Source: Eremomyces bilateralis CBS 781.70
Taxonomy: Eukaryota
NCBI GenBank assembly: GCA_010015585.1
Contig: ML975154.1
Reading direction: 5' to 3' (one strand)
DNA length: 55,271 bases
Part shown: positions 25,641-37,646 of the stretch, one piece after another
Numbering within the stretch: position 1 is the stretch's first letter
How the letters are laid out: each line of letters starts with the position of its first letter
Notes under the pieces: generated by a model
Database searches by the model: none
What the model saw: only the letters and a program-made list of their open reading frames with translations
What the model was told of the DNA's origin: nothing
Program-made: the position numbers and the translations under genes

Positions 25641-25813
25641 CAGTCAACCTTTGCTATAACGATTGAATCCGTACAGGCGAATCCAATCGTTATAACGCGG
25701 ATATCGCTAAAATGAATTTTCTTGGCAGCATTGATTGAGAATCCGTGCAGGGAATCTAATCGCTATAACGCGAATATCGCTGTAGCGGTAATCGTTATAG
25801 CGGCGGTTGACTA
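25641..25813. mobile_element. 173-bp MITE, Tc1/mariner-pogo type
   Basis: TIRs CAGTCAACCtttGCTATAACGATT and AATCGTTATAGCggcGGTTGACTA; TA at 25639-40 and 25814-15; internal direct repeat of about 48 bp (25661-25708 vs 25734-25781). Confidence 0.88.
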
Positions 25814-26832
25814 TACCTGACGTGCCGTGTATTCTCTCTTCTGTAAATCTGTACGGCGAACTTGGTACTCATGTGCTAATTTGCCACTGAAATTGCTGAT
25901 GTCACCCCTGGGACTACGGTGTAGGGCGCTTCTGTCGTATTGCCAACAAATGGCTTACTACCGCCAATGGCCTTTCAGTCTCCTGGTCCTCCAACTTCGG
26001 CTCATCCTCCCATCCGCCTTGACCACCGACATGCCCACCAGTATTTCAGCTCTCGAACTTAGCGCTTTGAAGACAGTGACAAGACGAAAGTTAGCTTTGG
26101 AGAACCCAGAAGATCAGTACAGCCAGTAGATCCTTCGGTTTTCTACCAGTACAAATGAAAGCAGAGCACAGCCTTCAAAGAGTTGATAATAGTTTAAGCA
26201 GAAATATCATGCAGATGATGTACTTTATTCGTCGATTGATTTTCAATGGCGGATGGGAATGACTATGGGATGGCTGATAGACCGAGTATGCCGCCACTAC
26301 AGAGCTAGTCAGATTTCATGTTATTGGGCACTTTTTAGTTCATGAGGTCGCTTTCGGAAAGATTGTGTAACGAGTCGAATTGCTAGTCTTTCAGACTGAT
26401 ACCAGGTAAGAAGAGATGGGTGGCATCATCGCCTGAGATTGGCAATTAGTTATGTCATGCAACTGTTGACAGCACACGCATCGTTGGCAATCCGTACCAG
26501 TAGGATGGACTTCAACCACGATGGGCATGCGTCTAAAATGGACACAGTAGCGATACAGAATTTACAGATCCATCCCATTCAGTCGGCTATGCTACAAATA
26601 TAACTTTTAAGGTCTACCCAAACACCAATGCAAGGAGCCGCAGCCCGATCGACGGAGCCGGATGCTGCGTTCACGCATCAAGGAGGTGAACGAATGTCGG
26701 TCACCCTGGATCATGACCAAACCAGGGCGCCGCTCGTCTAAGGTATGCAGTGCTCGCAAGCACGTCTGATGAGCAGAATGTACGCGAAGCCAGGTATGCA
26801 AGATCCCATTCTCTGATCGCACGGTATAATTA

Positions 26833-29800
26833 TCATCCTCCCGCCATTAGAGACTTATAATACGACAAGCTCAGATCCATCGTATGCCGCAACGTAGCGT
26901 CTTCCGTAAGCGGATACCGCAAGAACTGCGAGCGCCGTTGGGCGAGAGCCTGAGAATTGTCATTAGCACCCGAACGACCCACCGTCAGAAAAGTAAACTC
27001 ACCTCGTCTCGCTCTACCTCTCCCGCAACCACCCTCGCCATCTCACTCACCGCCGCCCTCCTCACCGCCGTCCACCCCCTCTGCTCCCCTGCCACAACAC
27101 CCAACGCGTTCCCCAACCGCGCCACCAACTCTCGCCGCTCCCGCCGCTCGCTCGCCGCCGTCACATGGATCAGATCCGTCAGGTACACGAAATTGAAATA
27201 CAGGCCCCCGCCCGTCTCCCACCCGTCCACCGCGTCCTTCCCGCCCGCGTCCACGAATGTCCCTAGGATCTCCCGGATGCGGTCGTAGTCCTTCTCGATG
27301 ATCGCCTTCGGCGCGACGTCCGCGCAGAGCACGGCGTGCGCTTCCGTCCAGAGCGACGCGCGCATAAGGTAGTGGGCCTGCGCGTCAGGGGCTTGCTGGA
27401 CGGAGCGGGCGTGTGTGGCGAGCGCGGCGAAGATCCAGTCGCGGGGAATGTTGAAGTGGGAGGTGGCGAGGTTGTAGAAGGGGTCGGCTTCCAGGGTCGG
27501 GATCTCGCCGGCGAAGCGGACCAGGTGGTTTTGGATCAAGGTGGAGCGGAGAGGCTCGGTGAGTTTGATGAGGGGGTAGAGGGCGATGCGCCAGGTTGCA
27601 CGTGCCAGATTAGTCTTGTCGGTTGAAGGGACTGGAGAGTTGAGGAGGGAGGTGTACATTAGTAGGGACAACTTGTTCGCCGTGTCGTCTTCGTTCTCGG
27701 GTGCTATGGCGGACGGGGCGTTGCGGTTCTCCTTGTCGCTATCAGCGCTTGTGGCAGTGATGTCCCGGGCACGAAGCATGTGGATCATGTTGTAGGGAAG
27801 CTGGCAATCCAATGGGTTGCTAGAGACGTTTTCGACCGCAAGGATCTCGTCCAACCGGAGGCCAGGCATCGGGACTCGCTGTCCTGCAAACAACTTCAGC
27901 AGTCCCCACAGCAGGTCCTCGCGCTCGTTGATGTTCGGATCCTCCCAACGCAACCCAGTCTGGCGCTCCACATACCACGGCACAGGAGTCGCCTGCTCCT
28001 GTTTTGAACCCAGCTCTTCGGCAAACTGCTGCACGGCCATCTCAATGGAGTCATTATAACGAAGACCGTACCACAATCGCAGCCCGAACGAGCGACGCCA
28101 GTCCAAATGGAAACGTTCCGCGATATTGAACGTCGCGGCTCTATTCTCCGCCCCGATGTTGTGACCACCGTCGCACATGCAGGTATGCCCAGCAAGCAGT
28201 TCATAGATCGCTCGAATCGAGTCCTTGATCTCCGAAAGCGTGTCCTGCTTCTGCCACGTCTCCAACTGCTGCGAAATAGCATCCTGCATCTCGGCACTGG
28301 GTCGGCTGAGCTGGGATACCATGGTCGCCAACTTGTAGTCCCGGGCTTCCAGCAGCACCGCGCAAGCTTGCACGATGTCGCCGCCGGAGAGGTAGATCAG
28401 CGCTCGTTCCTCGGCATCTTCCGCCTCCGCGAGATGCTCTTGCATGTCTTGGCGAACCATCTCCCTCCAGAACTGCGCGAGGTTGTCTTTCCGGATCCGC
28501 ATGAAGATGTTATGCTGGTGTCCGGGGTTGAAGGTTGTCGGGAGCGCATCTGTGATGTCGTCGAACAGGATGCTTGCGAGTCGCCAGGTTTGGTACTCGT
28601 GCGTGCGAGCGGGAGTGTTGGGGATGATTGCTTTAGCCCAGCTTTTAAAGGTGATTGCATCATTGACCTTGTTGCTGCTCATAAAGTCGCGCGTGCGAGG
28701 ATCGGTGACATTAAGAATGAAGTTCTGCGTAGTTTTAGTATTCAACCCAGCGAACAGCATCAATGAACCCTGACCTCTCGATCGGTGTCGAATTTCACGA
28801 AGCGAATATCCCTCTGCGCCGTCCGCACAGGCGCCTTGATATCCCGAAGGATCCCATCAATCGAATGTCCGGTCAACGATCCCACCATAACAAGCGTCCC
28901 ATCAGGGTTCCAAGACGTATTTCCGGAGAAGGAACGATCAAGGTGTTTGGCGGTGTCTACGGCGGATCGGTCACTGGGTCTGGATTTCTTCGAGGCGGGA
29001 GACTACGGAAACAACGTCTTAGCAAATATCCTTTTCGTATTGTGCGCTATGCTAGATACATGATTGTGCTTCTGTACTGGGGGCTTTCATCCTGCAATTT
29101 ATGACGTGATGCGTGAAGGGGAAGTGATCTGATGTGATCCATTGGGTAGGGTGCACGTGGTGCGATTCTGTTGGGTGGGGGGAAGGGGTTCAAACCTCAA
29201 CTGCCTGCCGATTTGATTTCTTCATAATCCCATTCGGTCGTTCATTGCCTCCAAACAATGAATTCATGATGTCGATGCTGGTCGTGAACGGCATTGACCC
29301 GTTCGAGACGACCCGTTCCTTTGGCGTCGGTTCGTCACCGAGCGTGCGTAGGGCACTCGCCTGCGTATCTCGCAATGCCTGTCGATCTCGCTTCTTCGGG
29401 GAAACGGTGTTCTGCAACTGCTCTGCCCAGTCCGCACCAATGACGATCTTCGACTTGGCTGGCGTGTCCATCGGAGAGTCGAAGTCGCGTAGAGTATGTT
29501 TCAAGATCGACTTCGGCTTGCCGTTTGCTTGAGCGTGTAGTCGGAGAGGAGATCCGAGAGAGGGCTCCGTGGCTTGGTTGTCGGGCGCTGGGAAGGATCC
29601 GGCCATGTTTTGATCCACGTCGAAATTCATGCCGTCAGAGGCCAGATACGAGTCGCGTTCGAGATTCGTGTCAGCCGGCAAGAGCACGGAGCCATCACCT
29701 AAAAAAGGAAGGGCACCGCTCATTGTGGGAATGTCGTCGTGAATGGCAGTGGATTCCTCGAACAGGGCAGCATCGTCGCTAAAGCCGCCCGGGACGCCGT

Positions 29801-32800
29801 TGCGAAGGCCGGTCTTGAACTGGAAGGTATCTTCAGGGCTAGACTCCCCAGGGCTCATCATGGAGATGTCAGGGGAGGCGGAGTCCACGGAGACCTGTGT
29901 ATGGACGGGCTTGTCAGGAGTAGTGTCCATCGGTGCAGCGTCGAAAGCACTGGACAGAAGTTTGCCATCACCAGTCTCCTCGTCTTCATATTCCAAGCCG
30001 TACGTCGTGTAGTGCTGAACCTTGAACCGCCAGATACCCTTGTCCACATCGTACCCCATGTACTCGGTGTCCTCAACTGTCATCAACCGTTTGATATGGT
30101 TTTCAATGCGCGACCCTTTCTTTTCCAGGACAGGAGCTGATCCGCGTTTGGAGCGAGGCCAGGAGTTTTCAAGCGTGATGACGGACGGAACATTGAGTCC
30201 GTGACCGACAGGGGGCTTCTTGAAACCGCAGTCCCGTCCATAGACAGTCGCCCGTCGGACCTCAAGGACAACGATGCCGGGGGCAATGCGATCGGCACCG
30301 ATATTGGAGAGATCCACATCTCCGAATTCAATGTGACCGACACCGACACGGCCGACGGTGAAGTTGCGAACATTCTTCAGTTGCTCACGAGTCATTCCCT
30401 TCAAGGCCTGAACGGGGGGACTCGTCCAGTATGTGCCGGGTTTCTGGTCTACCTGAAGGGAAATCGCGACTTGGTTTGAGGCGTCGGCAGTTGGAGGGCT
30501 TTCGTTCTCCGGAACAATGGCCAGCTCTTTGCCAGTGATGCCGCCAACCTGTTCCATTGGGGGTTGAACCGGCGCTCCATTGCGCGCGTCTGGGCGTGGC
30601 CTCATATAGCTAGCTCCATTGATTGCTGGCGGATGCCTATCCTCTTGCCGACGGATCACAGCTCCGTTGAGAGTGTCCATGGAATCTGCTCCGCTAGAAC
30701 TGCTTCGTGGATCCGCATCGGCATCAAAGCTTACTTTCTTTTTCAGGGGACTCTGGAGCTCCAAGCTGCGGTCAGGGCCGAAGAGAGAGCGGCGAGTGTC
30801 GAGTCCACGGTTGATCTGAAGTCGCTTCGCGCCGCCGGTGCTGTGTTGCTTGAGACTGTTATTCAAGAATCCAGGAGCCAGGAGGCTGTCCTCCGCGTTG
30901 TAGGTGTGGCGAAGATTGCTGGTCGAGAGACTTTTGCCTAGCCCAAGACTTCTACCAAAGCTTCCAGTGCCGAGAAAGCTGGCGCCGAATCCTCCGGGAC
31001 TCGCGTTGCTGGATGCGGAGCTTGGAGTTCCGTATGTAGAGTATGAGAACCCATAACTGGAAGGGCGCTTCTGAGGTGTGATAAGCCGGGTCGAAGCATT
31101 CGGGTTGATCTTGTGTTGGGGCAGGATCGCTTGCTTCCTAAGTTTCTGTGAACTTGACAAAGGTGTCGCGAGAGGCCCGACGTTCGCAGCAGGTGTCGCC
31201 AAGCTCTGGAATAGTTGGAGGTTTCCGTACGGGTTGTCCATTAGCGATGCGGTCAACGAGGATGGCTGCTGTTGCTGCTGTTGATTTTGCTGAGATCCCC
31301 CGAAAAGACTGCCGCCAGACTGCTGCTGATTCTGTTGGGAGCCAAAGAGACCGCCAGGCTGTTGATTAGTGTTGGCTTGAGCACCTCCAAAGAGACCGCC
31401 GCCAGTACTAGTCCCAGTGCTTCCACCAAATGCTCCGAATGTTGGCTTTGGCTGTGTTGCACCGAACAAGCCTCCAGTGGGTTGAGTTTGTTGCTGAGGG
31501 CCGGCATTTTGAAAGAGACCGGCCCCGGGCTGCTGTGTTCCAGTGCTGGCACCGAAGGGGCTAGGCGCAGCAGGCTTAGCACCGAACAGGCCACCGGATG
31601 GTTGCTGGGTGCTAGCACCGAAGAGACCGCCGCTGGGCTGTTGCTGTTGAGCCTGGCCGAAGGGGCTTGCGCCTCCGGCGGCTGGCGTGGCTCCAAATGC
31701 GCCTGGCTTCTGTTGCTGGGTGGCATTTCCAAATCCAGAGAATATACCACCTTGATTTTGAGTCTGGGTTGGCTGTTGGCCTTGCTGGCCTCCGAAGCCA
31801 CCACCAGGCGTGCCCTGCTGGGACCCGAATGCCGGAGCCGTGGAAGTGGCACCGCCAAACAAGCCTCCACCAGAGGATGTGGTTTGGCCGAATCCAGTGC
31901 CGCCGCCGAGCGCACCACCTCCAAAGCCTCCTCCGAACGCAGTCTTATTCTGAGTCTGGTTCTGGGCTCCAAAGAGGCCGCCGCCGAGACCGCCGCTCGT
32001 AGTGGTATTTGTCGCACCGAACATGCCGCCGGATGGTTGACTCGTCGTCGCAGGCGTTGCGCCGAACAGGCCGCCAGGTTTCGAAGCGGCGCCGAAGAGA
32101 CCGCCGCCGGTACCAGTAGCACCAGCGTTGTTGCCGAATCCACCACCAAACCCGCCCGATTGCTGAGTCTGGCCACCACCGAAGGGCGAACTGGTGTTCG
32201 TGGTTGTGGTTCCGAACATTCCGCCACCTCCTGCAGAACTGGTGGCACCGAATCCGCTAGTACTAGTACCAGTGCCTGCTCCAAATCCACCAAATCCGGT
32301 GGATTTCCCAAAGCCGCCGGCTTGGCCATTTTCGTTTCCATATTTGCGTCCTTGTGAGTAATCGACTACTCTCAGCTCTTCGAACGAGAAATTTTGGTAG
32401 GGTGGCATGAAGCTGATGCTCTGGTACTGTGCCGTCCCGCTCGCGCCATCTTTTTCGCTTGTGACTTGGAATTGCGTCTGGCCAGTCCCGTTGTTCGCGG
32501 TCGGTTGATTGAAAGCAGTCCCACTGCCACCTCCGAATGCTGAGGGCGACGCGCCGAAGGTACCAGTTCCTTGCCCACTAGTGCCGAAGGCATTGGTGCC
32601 ACCAGTGCCACCCCCGAAGGCTGATTTCTGGCCGCCTCCAAAGACACCGCCTCCTGTGTTGGAGGTTCCTGTGCCGAATCCTCCTGATGTCCCGGTGTTT
32701 CCGAAACCGCCTCCAAAGCCAGATCCGCCACCGGTCGTAGCTGTCCCACCACCGAAGAGGGATGAAGACGATGTTGTACCGGAGCCAAATGCGGGTTTGT

Positions 32801-33474
32801 TGAAAAGAGAGGTGTTCTGAGTATTTGAACCGAAGGTCCCTGAAATAGGTGATATTGTTAGCTGGTTGTTGAACCTAACCTTCCTGTCCGCCATGATGAG
32901 ACAAAGCGTAGTGAGATAGTTGATTCTGGAAAGTGAATTGCGGAGAGGAGGATGAGTAGAATCAATGTTTTGAATTGATCATGGGGATGGAAGGAATTTT
33001 GAAGTCGACAGGGCGCTGTGTGAAACAAGTGACAATGCTTGGTTCATTATCTCAAGGCATTCACTTGTTTCATAGTCACATGCAGTGAAAGCGAACATAA
33101 AGTGAGCATGAATGAAGGGCATGTGAACGCACCTGAGCCTGAGCCAAATCCACCACCGGTACTAGATTGGCCACCGCCAAAGATGCCTCCTCCGGTGTTT
33201 CCAGTCTGACCAAAGCCACCTCCAGCTGCAGGTGCTCCAAAACCTATTGGGTTGACATTCTCAGTTCTTGTTGCTACTGGCATGGTTGCTGCAAACGACA
33301 AAATGAAATCGATGATAAGTATGATGGCAGGCGGGAAAGGTATGAAATCGTCCACGTACCTGGAGACTGATTACTGGTATTCGCACTCCCAAACCCTCCA
33401 AACCCAGTCGACTGATTGGTGTTGGAGCCGAAGCCACCACCACCACCTCCACTACCAAAGCCGCCGAAAGCCAT
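26833..33474 (-). CDS. NUP98: Nucleoporin Nup98-Nup96 precursor (SonB/Nup189/Nup145 family)
   Basis: FG/GLFG repeats; GLEBS motif (YQSISFMPPYQNFSFEELR); autoprotease domain ending FKVQHY/TTYGL; Nup96 domain (LDWRRSFGLRLWYG). Exons 33474-33360, 33243-33133, 32839-29196, 29002-28775, 28724-27003 and 26949-26833. Confidence 0.95.
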
Positions 33475-34109
33475 GGTGATAACTTTCCGCTCGGCCAAAT
33501 GTCCGCGTCTCTCGCGTGTTCCGCAACGACCAAGCTATCCGCGCGTACGATAGATCCAAGGAACCGAAATCGAAACCGAAATGGCCGTCACGTCGAAAGA
33601 AATGGATCGCGCGGCCTGGAACGAGAGTGGGCGCGGGTGAAGGCGAAAGTTCGCGGTTGACCCTGGCCGATGGGGTTTGCGCGTATATGGTCACGGTATA
33701 GGGCCGGATCGAAAACGAAATGGCGCGAGAATAGAAAAGAAGAGAATATAGAAGAGGGGAAGTCCGAGATGCAGACAGCGGCGCGCGGGTTGCGCAGAAT
33801 TGTCGCGTTCAACTTCCGCTCACTGATGAACGAGTGATGGGGAAAGGACTCGGTGCAGAGAGAGAAGGTGCGACCTCTGAGCTGTCCTTCCTTGTCAGGC
33901 GTGGTGTGTCAAACAGGAGTCTTGGCATGCAGGGGTAATAGTATCACGTGGCTGCTTAGAGAGTGGTGAATCTCAGGCATTAAGGCGTTAAAGGCATCAA
34001 ATCCACCTCATCGATCCATGTCCATGCACGCGGTGGACAGAAATCCTCGCATTGCCGAAGTGCACCCACCACCAATACGGGGATCTTCTTCACCAAATCA
34101 CCACCTGTA

Positions 34110-35345
34110 CAGTCACTTATTATGAGTCTAGATATGATGAAATACGTTGATTTACGTCATGTTGGCGATTAACTTTCAAGCGGTCTTCATATTAGGAATT
34201 ATTTGCCCCTCTGCGTCAATCACCGCCTGTAGCCTCTGTGGCATTGAATCCACGCGTTTATTACCATAATCCAGTCTTGCTTGATCCCATCCCAGCCCTC
34301 TTTCAATAGCTGTTGGGTCTCATCCGGCTCCCAATGGGTGAATTTCTTTAAATGTTGCTTCATCGGTTGAAAACAATCCTCGATGATCGCGAGATCTGGA
34401 GATCCTGCGCAATTAAAGTAGTGTTCTAAACCGTTCTTCTCCTTCCATAGCTTGACGATGTTTTCCTTGGTCCTGGCGGGGGCGTGGCCTGAGTCTTGGT
34501 CCTCCTCTAACACAAAATTATCCCCATTTTGGATCCATGGTTTGATAATGGGATTCAGGACGGAATCGATATAAACGCGTTGCGACATCTTGCCAATGGT
34601 ATTTGTCGGGGTTGTGTAGGATATCAAGTCAGACTTGAACTCGTATCCGGCAGCACCCCATACATGTACTCTCTTTTTGTCTCTCTCTTCAATTTCACCT
34701 TCTCTCTACACACATTTATTACAATATCTTTCGCCTTTACGACGAATGATATAGAGCTTGCCTTGGGAACCAAGCCCAGCATGGGACTCGTCGCTGAAAC
34801 GGACCCTCCGCCAGTGATATGCTGTGGGATACCGGCCCTTCATAAAGGCTGCCCAATCGACACGCCTTTTGGCAAGGTCTTTAGATATCCACGCCTTATT
34901 ACAGGCAATACAACAGTGGTACTCCATCGTCCCCATCGCCCTCCTAACGGTTCTTCCGCTAACATCGAGTCCTGCCTCATAACCAAGGGCATCCCATGTG
35001 ATTGTTCTGCCGTAGACATCGAGCTCCTCAAGGATCCTCTCCATCTCGTGGATATCCTTGGTGGCGATGAGTCGGGAGCGCCCACGGGGGTCTTCCCCGG
35101 GGGGGAACCGGCGCCTATCACGATCGGCATGGATGATATCCATACCGGTCCTCCACGGGACCCCCTCCGCCTGAAAGACCTCGCTTTTGGTATACAATGG
35201 GTTAAAACCATGCCTGCGTTGTTGGGTCTCCACGAAGTTGACGGCACCACGGATACGTGATCTTTCCGTAGAATCCCTATGGGGATGCCTTCGGGATAGA
35301 TCATGATGGTTTTCGCGAAATGGGATCATATTAAAATAATGTGTA
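34110..35345 (-). mobile_element. Tc1-like DNA transposon (DD39E transposase), degenerate; only one end recognisable
   Basis: TA-CAGT terminus at 34108-34113. Transposase from ATG 35329 with VRFSDES, VHVWGAAGY, LEEDQDSGH and SPDLAIIE; internal TAG at 34706-08 and a 5-bp frameshift near 34264. Confidence 0.88.
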
Positions 35346-35349
35346 TTAA

Positions 35350-35616
35350 TTATTTGTAGAATGCCGTGAATGCAAGATTGTCCATGCTGGTCAGCGTGCC
35401 TGGATGCTCTGCACCAAGCACCCTCTTGGACGTATCCATCATTTGCGCCTCCAGCTCTTCGGCCTCCTTCCATCGGCCTTGATTCCAGTACGTCGACGCC
35501 AGGTTATTCATGCTGGTCAGCGTGTGTGGATGCTCTGCGCCAAGCACCCTCTTAGACGCCTCCATCACTTGCACCTCCAGCTCTTCGGCCTCCTTCCATC
35601 GATCTTGCTCCAACAA
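35350..35616 (-). pseudogene. Fragment of a fungal NLR-type TPR array (kinesin light chain-like, TPR_10/12), two 42-aa repeats
   Basis: RWKEAEELExQxMxxSKRVLGAEHPxTLTSMxNLA occurs twice; 126-bp DNA periodicity (35384 vs 35510). Confidence 0.88.
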
Positions 35617-35685
35617 TTCAGAAGGTAATTACTGGGTTCCTAAAATCGAGCAATTGATGGTTAATCTAACTGTGCTATGGCCCTC

Positions 35686-36100
35686 CGTCCAATGGTTGCC
35701 GCAAGGAGCGTCATCTCCATTTTCTCTGGCGATAGCTTCCGCCATTTGACGGACTCTTGCGTACGAAGGAGCCCTGGCGGCGACTTCTTCTTCTATAATC
35801 CATTCGACGAGCCATTTCTCCTGATATGGAGACAATTTTTGAAACCTCTTGGCTCCATCCTGGTGGGATATTGAGCCATTCAGTCGGGAGCGAAGCGTTG
35901 ATCTCTTGATGCCGTATTCATCCGCACATTGGTTTAAGGAATTGAATTTTTCATCATGAAACGCCTGTATAGCGACTTCATTCACAGGAGGCATTTTCAG
36001 TATAGCATCTCATTTTGTTGAATTGATTGATGGAGTAGAGTATAGATCTACAGAAATCTACCTATCTTGGTTGGGTGCACGAAAACAGGGGTCGCTGACT
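35686..36100 (-). mobile_element. Fot1-like transposon 5' fragment (TIR plus HTH DNA-binding domains)
   Basis: Minus-strand terminus TA-AGTCAGCGACCCCTG at 36102-36086. ORF from 35994 has a psq-type HTH (CADEYGIKRSTLRSRLNG) and a CENP-B HTH (QKLSPYQEKWLVEWI...GNHW); no DDE domain follows. Confidence 0.85.
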
Positions 36101-36691
36101 TACAGTCAACTCTCAGTGGCGCGATCCTTGGTTAAGGGATACTCGCAGTACAGTGATATGATCTAAGTTAGCGGTTATAATTTATAGGACAGAGGTTTGA
36201 GAGTCAAGCTCCAGGTTGGTCCGACTAGCTGTATGGTCTGGCTTCTTCCGGTAGCCTCCTTAGCCAAATGACCTGGTGGCGTGACTGATAACAAGCAAAG
36301 TTTACGGAAGTTCGCCACAGAGGTTGGTACTTCTAACCTGAACCTAATTACAGGCAACAATGCGACAGCAACACCGCATGATCTCGGAGATCGCATTGGA
36401 CCTCATCAATTGCCCAGACGCGCCAAAAACCTTGAGAATACAAGAATAGAACGACAATGATATTCAAGATGTAATTAGTGACTGCAAGAGTGCACGCCAT
36501 TCACGTGATCCGATATCTGCGCCAAAAACGCGTGCGGCGTGTCGCGTCTACCCAATCCAAGAACCTTCATTCCGCCCACCATATTATTCCTCTCTCCCAG
36601 CCTCCCCACCACCAAATCCCTCCTCACACCCTCTCGATCCCCCCAATTCACAAACCCCCCCATCCTCCAACCCCACCATCTACCCACCCCA

Positions 36692-37588
36692 ATGGCATCC
36701 AACACACCCTTCCCACCGCGCAGCAGCGTCGGCTTCGGCCGCGGGGCCATCGCATCCGGCTCGCAGCAACCCCAGCAATCCCACACCCTCGGCGCGGCGG
36801 CGGCACAGCAGCAGCGGGAGCGGGAACGAGTGGAGCGCGAGCGATTGGAGAGGGAGAGGCTGGAGCGGGAGAAGGCGAGTCAGCAGGTGCAGTTTGGGGA
36901 TTTGAGCGAGGAGCAGAGGGAGGAGGTTCAGGAGGCGGTGAGTGGATTCTTGAGTGGTCGGAAGGGAAGAGATGGGGGGATGGGGAGGGAGGGGGAGAGG
37001 GGGAAGATGGGGGAGCGAGATGGGGGAGGGAAAATCATGGCTGACGAAGGATGACAGTTCAATTTGTTCGATATGGATCGGGATGGACATCTAGACTACC
37101 ACGAATTGAAAGTTGCGATGAAGGCACTTGGGTTCGATTTACCGAAAAACGAGATCCAGCAAATCCTCACGACGCGCGGGTACGTCTCTGCTTCCTCTCC
37201 CCAACTTCCTTCTACACCACCAGCCTAGCTAACCCCTCTCCTCCCCAGCATCCCCACCCAAAACCTCAAAACCTCCTCCAAAGTCCCCCAAACCGCCCCC
37301 CCCTCCCTCGTCGGCACCAACAAGCTCCTCCTTCCGCGCCCGACCTTCGAAACCCTCATGGCCTCCATGATCCTCAACCGCGATCCTCGCGACGAGATCC
37401 TGCGCGCCTTCGACCTGTTCGACGAGAATCGGACGGGGAAGATCGGGCTGGACGATTTAAGAAGGGTGGCAAGGGAGTTGGGCGAGCAGTTGAGCGAGGA
37501 GGACTTGGCGGCCATGATCGATGAGTTTGATTTGGATGGGGATGGGATGATTGATCGGGATGAGTTTGTGGGGATTTGTTTGGGGTAG
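36692..37588 (+). CDS. CDC31: Centrin / caltractin (EF-hand spindle pole body protein)
   Basis: [38 protein letters not shown] ... [14 protein letters not shown] ... [18 protein letters not shown]. Introns at 36938-37057 and 37180-37248. Confidence 0.93.
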
Positions 37589-37646
37589 GGAGGGGGGCGA
37601 AAAGGGATAATGAATGAGGTGTTGGGCTGAATCCTGGGTACGTAAG

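Noticed and set aside
30006..30014. HYT instead of HFS at the Nup98 autocleavage site
   Set aside because: Conservative variant; Thr can serve as the nucleophile, so it is not evidence of novelty.
31253..32820. Long alternative-frame and antisense ORFs over NUP98
   Set aside because: Shadows of low-complexity FG-repeat codons with no independent motifs.
34706..35473. 255-aa ORF appearing to fuse the TPR region to the Tc1 transposase
   Set aside because: The TPR DNA is read out of frame in this ORF; the transposase plausibly starts at ATG 35329.
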